64,000 nt of DNA from Paragordius varius (taxonomy: Eukaryota > Animalia > Nematomorpha): positions 1,984,001 through 2,048,000 of the forward strand of contig OZ176057.1 of assembly GCA_964247055.1 (NCBI GenBank). Reading direction: 5' to 3'. Under the pieces are notes generated by a model. The model did not search any database. It worked only from the letters and a program-made list of their open reading frames with translations, and was not told where the DNA came from. The translations under genes were made by a program, and so were the position numbers. Shown piece after piece: positions 42,901 to 58,705 of the stretch (the first letter of the stretch is position 1; each line of letters opens with the position of its first letter).

Positions 42901-45667
42901 TAATCATTTAAAAAATATAAATATATTGAAGCTAGTTAATAATTATAACTATCTAATTAAAAAAACAGCTGATCAAGAAAAATGGTTAATTAAAATTTTT
43001 TTTAAAGTAGGTAAAAAAAGTGCTATTTTGCGGTAAAAATAAAGGAACAGTATAATATATCCTAAAAAAATAACTAATTTGTTTTAAATCAATTATCTTC
43101 TTTAATTAAAGAGCATTAAAATCGACTCATCAATTTTAATAAAAAATTAATTTATTTTAGAAAAAATGTAAAGATGGAAAATAGTAATAAAATCTGTTCT
43201 AAAATTTAATCTAAATATAATTACCGAATTAATCCATAATATTCAATTAAGCTTTTTCAATACACTTCGTTTCAGTTTCGGGCAGCTAATTACTTAAGCA
43301 ACACACTCTACAGTAAATTAAAGAAAAATGTAATAAATGATGATTGAATATTACGTTACGATATAAAATAAAAAATTTTTTACAAACCATAGATATTTAC
43401 AAATTTATATTCTATATATTGTACATTTTTAAAAAATTTCAACTATCTTTAGAATATCTCAAGCTAGCCAATTTTAAAACTAAAAACAATTGATTAATTA
43501 AAACTACTGATCAGATGATAAAGCTAATTATATAAAAACAGTTGATAATTTTAATAATGCATTTATAAACAATTTATAAAACAAAACAATTATTATCTAA
43601 AATATATAAATAATAATTCAAAACTGATTAACAAAATAAAAAATAATAATTACCCAATTCCGAAACATTCCAAGTATTTTCTACATCAGTTTTGTTGAGC
43701 AGTAGGCCAGTTCTGCGTACTTCTGTAAGACATCACACTCTAAACAAAAAAAATGGATGTTACAATATATTGAGATTAAAAATATAAATACGCTATTTAA
43801 AATGGCTAATTGGTTAAAATTATATAATTTATATAATAAAGGTGGCATATATTTGCAGAAAAACAATTTTGCGGTTCTTAAAAAAATTTGCCGTTTTTTA
43901 AAGAATTTTGAAGCTTTTTAGAGAGCTTTAGCGGTATTTAGACATTTTTAAGGCATGTTACAGATATTTAGCGGGTTTAATAAAATTTTAACAATTTTGA
44001 GAGAATTTCAGCGCATTATTTGATCTTAAAAGAATATTTACGCTTTTTAAACAATATTAGAGATTTTTAGCGGTTTTTAAAAAGTTTTAGCGGTTTTTAA
44101 AAAGTTTTAGCGGTTTTTAAAAAGTTTTAGCGGTTTTTGGAAAGTTTTGGTTTTTGGTTTAGCGTTTTTGGAAAATTTTATTTAGCGTTTTTGGAAAGTT
44201 TTAGCGTTTTTGGAAAGTTTTAGCGGTTTTTAGATATTTTTAGCGGTTTTTAGATATTTTTAGCGGTTTTTAGATAGTTTTAGCGGTTTTTAGATAGTTT
44301 TAGCGGTTTTTAGATAATGTGAGCGGTTATAAATTAGTTTTAGTGGTTTTTGGAAAGTTTTATCGGTTTTTAGAAAGTTTTAGCGGTTTTTAAAAAGTTT
44401 TATCGGTTTTTGGAAAGTTTTAGCAATTTTTAGAAAATTTCAAGCGCATTTTTTTAATTTAAAAGAAATTTTAGCAAAAAAGCGGTTTTTGGAAAGTTTT
44501 AGCGGTTTTTGAATTGTTTAACCGGTTTTTTGAACAGTAGGAAAAATAGACTTTTTAGATAGTTTTTAAAAAACAGCTTATTATTAAAAACAATTGATTA
44601 TTAAAAACAATTGATTATTAAAAACAATTGATTAATTAAAACAACTAATTAATTACAATTACTGATTAATTACAACAACTGATTAATAAAAACAACTCAT
44701 TTATTAAAACAACTGATTAATAAAAACAACTAATTAATAAAAACAACTCATTTATAAAAACAACTTATTAATAAAAACAACTGAGTATTAATTAAACTGA
44801 TTAATAAAAACAAATGATTAATAAAAACAACTAATTAATACACCAACTGATTAATTAAAACAACTGATTAATAAAAACAACTAATTAATAAAAACAACTA
44901 ATTAATACACCAACTGATTAATTAAAACAACTGATTAATTAAAACAACTGATTAATAAAAACAACTGATTAATAATAACAACTGATTAATTACAACAACT
45001 GATTAATTACAACAACTGATTAATTAAAAACTGATAAATAAAAAACAACTGATTAATTAAAAAACTGATAAATAAAAACAACTGATAAATAAAAACAACT
45101 GATTAATTAAAACAGCTGATTAATTTAATTAAAGAAAAAATACCTGATTAAAAGATTAAAGTAAACAACTGATTAATTAAAACAACTGATTAATCAAAAC
45201 AACTGATTAATTAAAACAACTGACTAATTAAAACAACTGACTAATTAAAACAACTGACTAATTAAAACATTAATTAAAACAACTGATTAATTAAAACAAC
45301 TATATGATAAACCATTAGCGTTATTTTAGAATAAAGGTTTGCGTTTCCAAAATAATAATTTAGCAACTTTTAAATATAAATTTAGCTATTTATTTAAATA
45401 AAAATAGGTATTTTTGAAAAGTTAGTGTTTAAAAAATCAGAGATATTTTAAAAGAAATTTGGAATTTAAAAAAGGTTTGCGGTTTTAAAGTAAAGGTTAT
45501 GGTTTATACATAATTTAGCGGTTTAGAAATTTTTGCGGTTTTTAAATGACTATTTTTTAATGATTTTATTTAGTATTTTTATTGTTTTTATTTAAATTTA
45601 TTATTTTGGAGATATTTTTTAAAATTTTTCAGAAATATTTAAAAAAGAGAGCATATTTTTAAAGTTT

Positions 45668-48600
45668 TTAGGGTATTTTATAGAAATTTAACCTTATTTT
45701 TTAGAATTTTTAGCGCATTTTAATGGAAATTTAACCTTATTTATAATTTTTAGCGTATTTTTTAGAATTTAACCTTATTTTTTAGAATTTTTAGGGTTTA
45801 ATGGAAATTTAACCTTATTTTTTTGAATTTTTAGCCTATTTTTTTGAATTTTTAGCTTATTTTTTTGAATTTTTAGCGTATTTTAATGGAAATTTAACCT
45901 TATTTTTAATTTTTTAGAATTTTTAGCGTATTTTAATGGAAATTTAACCTTATTTTTTTATAATTTTTAGCGTATTTTTTAGAATTTAACCTTATTTTTT
46001 AGAATTTTTAGCGTATATTAATGGAAATTGAACCTTGTTTTTTTTTAAATTTTTAGCATATTATTTAGAATTTTTAGCGCATTTTTTAGAATTTTTAGCG
46101 TATTTTAATGGAAATTTAGCCTTATTTTTTAGAATTTTTAGCGTATTTTTTACAATTTTTAGCGCATATTAATGGAAATTTAACCCTATTTTTTTATAAT
46201 TTTTAGCGTATTTTTTAGAATTTAACCTTATTTTTTAGAATTTTTAGCGTATATTAATGGAAATTGAACCTTGTTTTTTTTTAAATTTTTAGCATATTAT
46301 TTAGAATTTTTAGCGCATTTTTTAGAATTTTTAGCGTATTTTAATGGAAATTTAGCCTTATTTTTTAGAATTTTTAGCGTATTTTTTACAATTTTTAGCG
46401 CATATTAATGGAAATTTAACCCTATTTTCTTATTTTTTCCGTATTTAAATGGAAATTTAACCCTATTTTTTTATAATTTTTAGCGCATTTTTTATAATTT
46501 TTAGCGCATTTTTTAGAATTTTTAGCGCATTTTTTAGAATTTTTAGCGCATTTTTTAGAATTTTTAGCGCATTTTTTAGAATTTTTAGCGCATTTTTTAG
46601 AATTTTTAGCGTATTTTTTAGAATTTTTAGCGTATTTTTTAGAATTTTTAGCGTATTTTTTAGAATTTTTAGCGTATTTTTTAATAATTTTTAGCGTATT
46701 TTTTAGAATTTTTAGCGCATTTTTAAAATTTTTAGCGTATATTAATGGAAATTTAACCCTATTTTTTTAGAATTTTTAGCGCATTTTTTGGAATTTTTAG
46801 CGCATTTTTTAGAATTTTTAGCGCATTTTTTAGAATTTTTAGCGCATTTTTTAGAATTTTTAGCGCATTTTTTAGAATTTTTTCCGTATTTTAATGGAAA
46901 TTTAACATTATTTTTTTATAATTTTTAGCGTATTTTTTATAATTTTTAGCGCATTTTTTAGAATTTTTAGCGCATTTTTAGAATTTTTAGCGCATTTTTT
47001 AGAATTTTTAGCGTATTTTTAAAATTTTTAGCGTATTTTTTAGAATTTTTAACGTATATTAATAAAAATTTAACCCTATTTTTTTAGAATAGCGTATTTT
47101 TTAGAATTTTTAGCCTATTTTTTTGAATTTTTAGCTTATTTTTTTGAATTTTTAGCTTATTTTTTTGAATTTTTAGCGTATTTTAATGGAAATTTAACCT
47201 TATTTTTAATTTTTTAGAATTTTTAGGGTATTTTAATGGAAATTTTACCTTATTTTTTAGAATTTTTAGCGCATTTTTTATAATTTTTAGCGTATTTTAA
47301 TGGAAATTTAACCCTTTTTTAGCATATTATTTAGAATTTTTAGCGCATTTTTTAGAATTTTTAGCGTATTTTAATGGAAATTTAGCCTTATTTTTTAGAA
47401 TTTTTAGCGTATTTTTTACAATTTTTAGCGCATATTAATGGAAATTTAACCCTATTTTCTTATTTTTTCCGTATTTAAATGGAAATTTAACCCTATTTTT
47501 TTATAATTTTTAGCGTATTTTTTAGAATTTTTAGCGCATTTTTTAGAATTTTTAGCGCATTTTTTAGAATTTTTAGCGCATTTTTTAGAATTTTTTCCGT
47601 ATTTTAATGGAAATTTAACATTATTTTTTTTATAATTTTTAGCGTATTTTTTATAATTTTTAGCGCATTTTTTAGAATTTTTAGCGCATTTTTAGAATTT
47701 TTAGCGCATTTTTTAGAATTTTTAGCGTATTTTTAAAATTTTTAGCGTATTTTTTAGAATTTTTAACGTATATTAATAAAAATTTAACCCTATTTTTTTA
47801 GAATAGCGTATTTTTTAGAATTTTAGCGTATATTAATGGAAATTTAACCCTATTTTTTTAGAATTTCAAGCGCATTTTTTAGAATTGTTAGCGTATTTTT
47901 TATAATTTTTAGCGTATTTTTTAGAATTTAACTTATTTTTTAGAATTTAACCTTATTTTTTAGAATTTTAAGCGCATTTTTAGAATTTTTAACGTATATT
48001 AATGGAAATTTAACCCTATTTTTTAGAATATTAAGCGTATATTTTAGAATTTTTAGCGTATTTTTTACAATTTTTGGCGTATATTAATGGAAATTTAACC
48101 CTATTTTTTTATAATTTTTAGTGTATTTTTTAGAATTTAACCTTATTTTTTAGAATTTTAAGCGTATTTTTTAAAATTTTTTACGTTTTTTTTAATAATT
48201 TTTAGCGTATTTTTTAGAATTTAACCTTATTTTTTAGAATTTTTAGCGTATATTAATGGAAATTGAACCTTGTTTTTTTTTAAATTTTTAGCATATTATT
48301 TAGAATTTTTAGCGCATTTTTTAGAATTTTTAGCGCATTTTTTAGAATTTTTAGCGCATTTTTTAGAATTTTTAGCGTATTTTTTAGAAATTTTAGCGCA
48401 TTTTTTAGAATTTTTTCCGTATTTTAATGGAAATTTAACCCTATTTTTTTATAATTTTTAGAGTAATTTTTAGAATTTTTAGCGTATTTTTTAGAATTTT
48501 TAGCGCATTTTTTATAATTTTTAGCGCATTTTTATAATTTTTAGCGCATTTTTTAGAATTTTTTCCGTATTTTAATGGAAATTTAACCCTATTTTTTTAT

Positions 48601-51073
48601 AATTTTTAGCGTATTTTTTATAATTTTTAGCGCATTTTTTATAATTTTTAGCGCATTTTTTATAATTTTTAGCGCATTTTTTATAATTTTTAGCGCATTT
48701 TTTATAATTTTTAGCGCATTTTTTATAATTTTTAGCGCATTTTTTATAATTTTTAGCGCATTTTTATAATTTTTAGCGCATTTTTTAGAATTTTTAGCGT
48801 ATTTTTTAGAATTTTTAGCGTATTTTTCAGAATTTTTAGCGTATTTTTTAGAATTTAACCTTATTTTTTAGAATTTTTAGCGTATTTTTTAAAATTTTTA
48901 GCGTATATTAATGGAAATTTAACCCTATTTTTTTAGAATTTCAAGCGCATTTTTTAGAATTTTTAGCGCATTTTTTATAATTTTTAGCGCATTTTTTACA
49001 ATTTTTAGCGTATATCAATGGAAATTTAACCCTATTTTTTTATAATTTTTAGCGTATTTTTTAGAATTTAATCTTATTATTTTTAGCGTATTTTTTAGAA
49101 TTTAACCTTATTTTTTAGAATTTAATGGAAATTTAACCCTATTTTTTATAATGTTTAGCGTATTTTTTAGAATTTTTACCGTATATTAATAGAAATTTAA
49201 CTTTATTATTTAGAATTTTTAGCGTATTTTAATGGAAATTTAACCTTATTTTTTTGAATTTTTAGCTTATTTTTTAGAATTTTTAGCGTATTTTAATAGA
49301 AATTTAACCTTATTTTTTTGAATTTTTAGCTTATTTTTTAGAATTTTTAGCGTATTTCAATGGAAATTTAACCTTATTTTTTAGAATTTTTAGCGTATTT
49401 TTTAGAATTTAACCTTATTCTTTAGAATTTTTAGCGTATTTTTTACAATTTTTTACGTTTTTTTATAATTTTTAGCGTATTTTTTAGAATTTAACTTATT
49501 TTTTAGAATTTAACCTTATTTTTTAGAATTTTAAGCGCATTTTTAGAATTTTTAACGTATATTAATGGAAATTTAACCCTATTTTTTAGAATATTAAGCG
49601 TATATTTTAGAATTTTTAGCGTATTTTTTACAATTTTTGGCGTATATTAATGGAAATTTAACCCTATTTTTTTATAATTTTTAGTGTATTTTTTAGAATT
49701 TAACCTTATTTTTTAGAATTTTTAGCGTATTTTTTAAAATTTTTTACGTTTTTTTTTAATAATTTTTAGCGTATTTTTTAGAATTTAACCTTATTTTTTA
49801 GAATTTTTAGCGTATATTAATGGAAATTGAACCTTGTTTTTTTTTAAATTTTTAGCATATTATTTAGAATTTTTAGCGCATTTTTTAGAATTTTTAGCGC
49901 ATTTTTTAGAATTTTTAGCGTATTTTTTAGAAATTTTAGCGCATTTTTTAGAATTTTTTCCGTATTTTAATGGAAATTTAACCCTATTTTTTTATAATTT
50001 TTAGCGTATTTTTTAGAATTTTTAGAGTAATTTTTAGAATTTTTAGCGTATTTTTTAAAATTTTTAGCGCATTTTTTATAATTTTTAGCGCATTTTTTAG
50101 AATTTTTTCCGTATTTTAATGGAAATTTAACCCTATTTTTTTATAATTTTTAGCGCATTTTTTATAATTTTTAGCGCATTTTTTATAATTTTTAGCGCAT
50201 TTTTTATAATTTTTAGCGCATTTTTTATAATTTTTAGCGCATTTTTATAATTTTTAGCGCATTTTTTAGAATTTTTAGCGTATTTTTTAGAATTTTTAGC
50301 GTATTTTTCAGAATTTTTAGCGTATTTTTTAGAATTTAACCTTATTTTTTAGAATTTTTAGCGTATTTTTTAAAATTTTTAGCGTATATTAATGGAAATT
50401 TAACCCTATTTTTTTAGAATTTCAAGCGCATTTTTTAGAATTTTTAGCGCATTTTTTATAATTTTTAGCGCATTTTTTACAATTTTTAGCGTATATCAAT
50501 GGAAATTTAACCCTATTTTTTTATAATTTTTAGCGTATTTTTTAGAATTTAATCTTATTATTTTTAGCGTATTTTTTAGAATTTAACCTTATTTTTTAGA
50601 ATTTAATGGAAATTTAACCCTATTTTTTATAATGTTTAGCGTATTTTTTAGAATTTTTAGCGTATTTTTTAGAATTTTTACCGTATATTAATAGAAATTT
50701 AACTTTATAATTTAGAATTTTTAGCGTATTTTAATGGAAATTTAACCTTATTTTTTTGAATTTTTAGCTTATTTTTTAGAATTTTTAGCGTATTTTAATA
50801 GAAATTTAACCTTATTTTTTTGAATTTTTAGCTTATTTTTTAGAATTTTTAGCGTATTTCAATGGAAATTTAACCTTATTTTTTAGAATTTTTAGCGTAT
50901 TTTTTAGAATTTAACCTTATTTTTTAGAATTTAACCTTATTTTTTAGAATTTTTAGCGTATTTTAATGGAAATTTAACCTTATTTTTTAGAATTTTTAGC
51001 GTATTTTAATGGAAATTTAACCTTATTTTTTAGAATTTTTAGCGTATTTTAATAGAAATTTAACCTTATTTTT
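45668..51073 (+). repeat. Duplicate of the 5.4-kb satellite
   Basis: Offset +28808; the offset is the same before and after the array, so its length is unchanged. Confidence 0.95.
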
Positions 51074-54000
51074 TAAAGTTCGTAGGAAAAGATATTAAAT
51101 TTTATAATTTGTCGTTTTTTTTACATATTTTATTAAAAGTTTTACAATTTTTTTGCCTATATTTTACACAAAAGGAACATTTAGACACCATTATTTAAAA
51201 AGATTCAATCAAACAAAATTTAATGCATTTCCAGATAATTAAGCCCAGATTCTTTATATTGCTTTTGAAAAAGTATATTCTAAAAACATAACTACCTTTT
51301 AAATACTTTACAATTTTTGATTAATTTTTAAAGCGAAAAAAATCTAGAGAACATATATAAAGAGACCGAAATTTACAAAATTTTAAGCGAAATAGATAGA
51401 AAAGGCACAATTGTAACATTAATCAATGTAACAAAAATTTATTTTAAGCAATAAATTTTAGGGTTAGGGTATAAATTCGATGTTCAAGTTGTCAGGAAAT
51501 TAACTAGATAGATAATTAAGTTAACATCTTGAAATTATTTGTTAATTTTTTAGATCAATTAATATTAATATACTTTGACAACCTTTTTTTTTCAATTTTA
51601 AATTACATTTTAATCCTAAATTTTGCATTTGTTTTTCAAAAGAAAACAGGAAAAGACCCATAAGACTTAATAAAATATAATCACATGTTTTTATTTTTTT
51701 AAACTTGGTTTCCTGCTCCCAAATAAAAAACACAAGAAAAATATTTCAGATATTCAGAGATTAAAAATATAAGAATAAATCATATAAAATCACATGTTTT
51801 TATCTTTTTTAAACTTGGTTTCCTGCTATAAAAAACACAAGAAAAATAATTCAGATTTCAAGAGATTAAAAATTTAAGAATAAATCAAATAAAATCACAT
51901 GTTTTTATCTATTTTAAACTTGGTTTCCTGCTCCCAATTAAAAAACACAAGAAAAATATTTCAGATATAACGAGATTAAAAATAGTAATGTCACCCATAC
52001 TTTGTAACTAATATATAATATAAACAAATACAAATTTATTTAATAGATGATGTCCAGGATTTCTTAAAACAACGTACGAATTAGTAATATAATATGAGAA
52101 ATAAATTGCAAAAATATCCATAAATACTAGATAAAATTTAAAAGTAAAGATAAAAATCATTGGAATAAATTACGGAAAAAAATTAATAAACGTTTAAACA
52201 TTAATTGTTTTAGTATTTAATAGTTAGTTCCTTTCACTGAAATGGTTTTTAAAACGATATTTGAATGAAAACTAGCATTTACATTAAACTGTATATTTAA
52301 AACAACAAAATATGTAATAAATCTTACGAAAAAGCGAAATCGTAAGGGCAAAGGCTTTCAATATTTGATTTGAGGACACAACAATACCATCTTTGAAACA
52401 TGTTGTTTGATTACCAGGGAGGGTTCCTTTCATTAGTTTCCGTTTCTTGATTATCCATCTAGATCTAAAAATTAAATTTAAAAAAAATAATTTACTTGAT
52501 GAGTAAAGTAATTCCATATAATTGTAGCCGGAACAAGAGAGAGAGGAAAAGGCACGCATGCACAATTAATTCCAAAAATTTTGAAAACAAAAAAAATATA
52601 AAAATGATTATTGCATAAAAATTTATTGTTTATATAGAGAGGGAACTCACGTGTTCCCTCTCTTTCTCTCTGCACCAATCAAATAATTGCGCCTTTTCGA
52701 GAAATTTCGTTCCTTTTGTTTGTTTTGCCCAAAAAACACATTTGCACATATTGTTTTTCTTCTCTTCTTCTTATGTGCTAATAATAAATTATATAATTAT
52801 TACTAAATATGTGTGCATATAAGGAATTTATTTATTTTTATTGCATCATACTAAGGGTATAACAAACAAACGTATAAATTTTTTCAAAAATGTGCGTTTT
52901 AGGATATGTCTTAAATATCAAACATAAATAATTTGAAAAAATATTAAAATAAAATCTAATTGAAAAAATATCAATTTATTATTATAAGATAATTGAAAAA
53001 TAGATGTTGATTTGAAAAATGAAATATTTATTCTATGTCAATCTATAAATTTAACCAATAAAAATATATTATACGTTTCAAAAGCTGTTAAAAAATAATT
53101 ATGAATTCGTTAAGAAGCAATTTATATCCTTTTAATTGAACAAATTTTGTACGTATATGTAGTTTTAAAAATAATCTAAAAGTTTCTTTTGAATTTTACT
53201 TTAAAGGTGAAAATAATTCTTATTTAAGTTAATTATATTGTAATCAATCTCACCTTTTTGATTATTTTTTAAATGAGGAAATATGTTTTAAGAATTGAAT
53301 AAGATTAGTAGAAAGTTGGTTTAATTTAGTAAGGCCTTTGTAAAAATACAAATTTATACTCTCTTGAATATTGAAATTATTGGTTCGCCAACTTTGAATT
53401 ATTTATTTTAAATAAGTGAAAAATATTAAATTTAAAGTATTAGAAAATCTAATGGACATTAAAATTATTTATATATATGTAATCTAGACAAAAACGTATC
53501 ATTGATATAGCCAGAACATTAAGTTAATTATTAACTTTATAGGATTCAGTTTAATCAAACATTATGTCAACTGATAAATTCTGCATTTCAAACACGATAT
53601 CGCTTTTGGCAACTCATTAATACAAAAAAAGACGCATGTCTAATTAATTTCAATTGTTTTTGTAAAGCTAGATAGTGATTTTAATGTAAATATTTATGTG
53701 AATTCTTCTTATCCAATAGTAATATCGACTACAAATATTTGATTGTTATACAAAATTGTCAAATTAAATTTATTTAGGTACTTTAAGGGTTTCGAGTTTG
53801 TGGGCTAGGGTTAGGGTAAGTCATTGGAGTTGGTTCATTACCTTAAAGAAGTCCGTAGGACTTCCTCGGTCTGATAAGCAGGCCGAGACCCACGCATTTA
53901 AATTCAAATTTTGTTTTTCTATTAATATTTTCAGTTGTTATCCACTTACATTTATGAAAAATAATTACTTACTAAAACATGTATTTATAATTAATATAAA

Positions 54001-57000
54001 GAAATTTGATAACTTACTCCACAAATAATTGATACTTAATTAATATTTGACAATAGTTTTAGATCTGTGAGCAAAGAAAATCAGAAGATAAAATGTTTTT
54101 GTGGTAGTATAAATAAAGGTTACGTTCGGTATTGATATGCTAAACCAATGCTTAAAATACGTCTTTGAAATTATATCTAATAATATGTTTGGAAATTTTA
54201 AATGCTTTTATTGATTTTATCTGCTGGCTCATGTTGAAATTTATTAAAACCTATTCAATTATTCCTTTATATACACTCATATTATTTAAAACTTATTTTT
54301 AGTTAAATTTAATAAAAAAATTAATATTTACTCACAAACCTGACCACTTATGTTTTAAAAATAAAAATTTGTTTTTAAAACATTGCTAATGTGGAAATAG
54401 GTAAACTTAAAATATGTAATACCAGAAGTCTATAAAGTAAGTGTAAACCCTAAATAAGAAAATATCTGTGCAGTTAATACGGGTTAAAATATATGTGCAA
54501 GGTTTTATTTTCATTTGTGATCAAATGCTTAAAAGTGTTAGAATATAGTCATTTTGAGAAAAATAGGTGATGTGTTTTGACGTCTAACATTTAATCATAT
54601 ATTAATGCAGTTACAATACTTTAGGTGTTCGAGTTTGTGGGCTAGGGTTAGGGTGAGGGATTGGAGTTGGTTCATTTTTTTAAGAAGTCCGCAGGACTTC
54701 CTCGGGCTGCGAAGCAGGCCGAGACCCATGCATTTCATGTTTAAAAATTTTTCTAATTATATTATGAATGAATTACTAAACCTTATATCAAATATTATTG
54801 TTATGTGATGATATAAAACTACCATCAATTAGACTTATGTATGATATGTTTGAGAGTTGGGTAACAAAAGTAGAAGTTTATTATTTGACTAATATATATA
54901 AATCTGTGTTAGTTTCAGTAAACTGGAGCAATCGATTAAAAATTATTATTGACTTACAAACATTAAATACTATATATTGTATCCTTATTATCATAGTTTA
55001 GATAAAATAGTTATTTATGCTTTTTGTCGAATTTAAACCAATGTTAATTAAAATTTAAGAGCATTCAGCTATCAGATAATTAATTTATTTTGTCTTCTTA
55101 ATATTAATGCCCTAAATTAAACTTATTAAAAATTTCATCTACTTATAAATCGCTAGTTTTATTTTAATTTACATTTATAAACTAGGATGATAATTCCAAA
55201 ACAGACCACTTACATTTTGGAAAATTTGCTTATCAACATAGCTAAATTTTATTAAATTCTAACTATGTATTTAGGTAATTTTAAATTTTTTTTTGAAAGT
55301 TTCAAAGGATTAGATCTTAAATGGACAAATTTTAAATTTATAAGGAGAGAATTGGACGAATAATTTATATATTTTTAGGGGGGTAAAGTACTTTATGACA
55401 TGTGAGTTTGTGGACTAGGTTTAGGATGGTGAATTTAAGTTGGTTCAGTTTCTTAGCCGAGACCAGCCTTTTAATTTAAAATGCAAAACAAAGTATACAT
55501 CTAAAGGTAGTCAAAATACCTAAAAAACTGTATTATTATATACATTTTTTTGTTACTTGTATGAAAATTGGTAAATATCACATATCAAACAGGATATAAT
55601 TAATTATATTCAAAAAATTTAAAGAAAGTATTTTAAGTTGTTGCATATATTAATTTTTAATACTTAAATTTATATCGCTTATGCTAGAATGTAGTACTCA
55701 TACATCATACATACATAAATTCAAATCTAATTATATTGTGGTTCGCTCATTTTTTAGGAAAATTATGCAAAATTATTTTGGAGCAGAATGGTTTTTTATA
55801 TTATTTTTATATTTAAGGTATTTTGAAAATGCCAGAAAATTCTTATTATCAATTCGAAACTGTTAATGGTATATTGATTAATTGATATTTTTAGGCTCTC
55901 AGATATATTTGTGTGGCAGAGAGCAATCCGCATGAAGTGGATTGGTTAAAATGCTTGAAACCCAAAATAGCCCTCTGGTGTTTTGCCATTTCATTCTATT
56001 GGGTAAATTATTTTTTATTTAAAAATTATTTTTAAATATATTAATGTTTATTTGGAAAATTTATTTTTTTTTAATTATGATTTGCAAATATAAAGTTTAG
56101 TGTGCCTAAAAATTATGGATGATTAAACTTTTTAGCCTTAAAATGGGAAAAATAGAGTATTTTAAACATTAAACAAAAATAATATATATATAATTTTAAA
56201 ATATAAGTGAATTTAGATGAATGCGCAACTTTTATTATGATGAGATATTTGATTAATTTTGAATTTATAGTTTATTTAAAAACTTTAAAATTTACCATAA
56301 ACTATTGTATTAATATATTTTCTTGAGCATTTTCATAACTAATAATGAATCTTTTTAGTTAATATTTTATTTTTTTTAAGCTTTAACGCTTTTGGGCTGT
56401 TTGGGTTATGGGTTTTTCGCATTCCTTCCAAAAACGGCGCCAAAATCAAGAAAAATTTTACGAAATGCTACATAAATTGGTATAATAATTTAATTTATAT
56501 CTATAAAGTTTTTTTATATACCATTTACAATTCAACAAATTCACCCTTAAACAATTCAAATTCACACATTAAAGATTACATATATTTGTATAGATTTTTA
56601 AAATATAAATTTTCTTGATAATCAAAATTATACTAAAAAATAAATATATTAATGAGTCATAATCGCTCAAAAACACTTAATTTATTTTTAGGGTGAATTC
56701 GAATTGTAAATGGTATATTTTATGAAAGTGTTAATTTTCTCAGATAATTTAGTTAGTTTTGGTAAATAAAACTAAAAAATGGTTTATTTTATACTCGGCA
56801 GTTTTGTAGTTATATTATGGAAAATAATTTTTTCTTAATCAAAATTTGCAAATTTAGTAAATTAGAAAAAATACAGTAAAAAATTTTTTTTAAAAAAATA
56901 AGCAACCAGGTATTTCCACACATAAATTATTAATTTATATTGTTGAATATTTTAACAATTTACATCTCTCATATACTTTTATTGAAACAAAAACTATGAT

Positions 57001-57955
57001 ATATATATATTGTAAAAATTTAAATTTTAAAAAATATATAATTCTCTTTTATCAAAAAAAAAATATTTAGTTTATGCAAACATAAATGATTAAAATATTT
57101 AAATTATATCCCTGCATATAACTATAATTTACAGATTTTTTTCGATTTTAAAGTCGAGCCATACATAGTAAATTAGTAATATTTTAAGACATAAGTAGTT
57201 AGAACAGAAGTGTTTACCACATATGGCTTTGCGGGCCTGACCATTAACGAACATTTTATTAAATTTTAAACATAAAACTTAAAAAGTTACTCATTATTTT
57301 AACAGTTTTTGCTGTTTCACTGTCGGAAAGATTTATTCAGGAATTTTTTTTAAAAAATTTTACTTGGAGATTTTGTAAAATTTTGTATTAACAATTTTGC
57401 AGGGTCGCCTGTTAGACACCCCTAATTTCTAGAATTTATTATTTTGAAAGTATACTTTAAAATCAATGTCAATTTTTATACTTTTTTTGAATTTTTTTAT
57501 ATTATCTCTTTTTAAATCTATATGAATATATATAATTAATCTCTTTTTAAATCTATATGTAATAAAATAGTTTTCATTCATAATAACATTATACAATGCT
57601 ATATATATATATATATATTTATATATGTTTTTACATCTATAAATTTTTATATTTAATATAAAGTTTTCCAACCCTTTTCCATCAGATTAAAAATAATTAA
57701 AAAATGATAATAACATAAATTGTAGGATTAAATTTTTGATTTATTTTTACCTCGTGGTTTTTAGTGTAATTATGTACTGATTAAAATTGTTTTATTTTTT
57801 TGTTGAAGTTATGTGTAAAGGTCTATTTAGTATTAAATCTCTGTTGAAAAAAAAACAATTCATATATGATAATTTTTTAATATGAAAAATAAAATAAAAT
57901 TTTATTTAACACTTTAATCCAAATTGGGGTATCTAGTGACCTGAGATTATATATA

Positions 57956-58705
57956 CCATTTACACTTCAAGAGTGTCCTTGAACAATTCAAGTTGGTCCT
58001 TGAACAATTCAAGTTGGTCCTTGAACAGTTCAAGTTGGTCCTTGAACAATTCAAGTTGGTCCTTAAACAATTCAAGTTGGTCCTTGAACAATTCAAGTTG
58101 GTCCTTAAAATTTATAAATTTTGATTTAACCATAATTTTTGCATTTATTCTTTTATTTTATTATTTATTAACCTAATTTTCATTATTTATTAGATATTTA
58201 TTCATTTAAAAATAAATTTTTTTATTGAAAAATCACTTTGTTTCAAACTATTTTTTTTTCAATTGAACAAAATTATTGACTTTTAAATGTTTTTAATGAA
58301 AAAATTTAATTAATAACCCAGAAAACTTATATATTTTTTCATTTCGTGTTAAGACCTTATAAATATCCAAAATTATTTTAAGAAATGAATAAAGATATAG
58401 GGTTTCTCAAAGATTAAAAGTTTGTATCGATTTAAATTTTATGTTAAATAATAGAAAATAGGTTAAATACAATAAAATAGATGAATTATTTACAATTCGA
58501 TTGATAAAATTTAAAAACAAAACAAAAAAGTCAAAGGACCAACTTGAATTGTTCAAGGACCAACTTGAATTGTTTAAGGACCAACTTGAATTGTTTAAGG
58601 ACCAATTTAAATTGTTCAAGGACCAACTTGAACTGTTCAAGGACCAACTTGAATTGTTCAAGGACCAACTTGAATTGTTCAAGGACACTCTTGAAGTGTA
58701 AATGG
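57956..58705. mobile_element. Duplicate of the foldback-like MITE
   Basis: Offset +28808 from 29148-29897; same sequence. Confidence 0.86.
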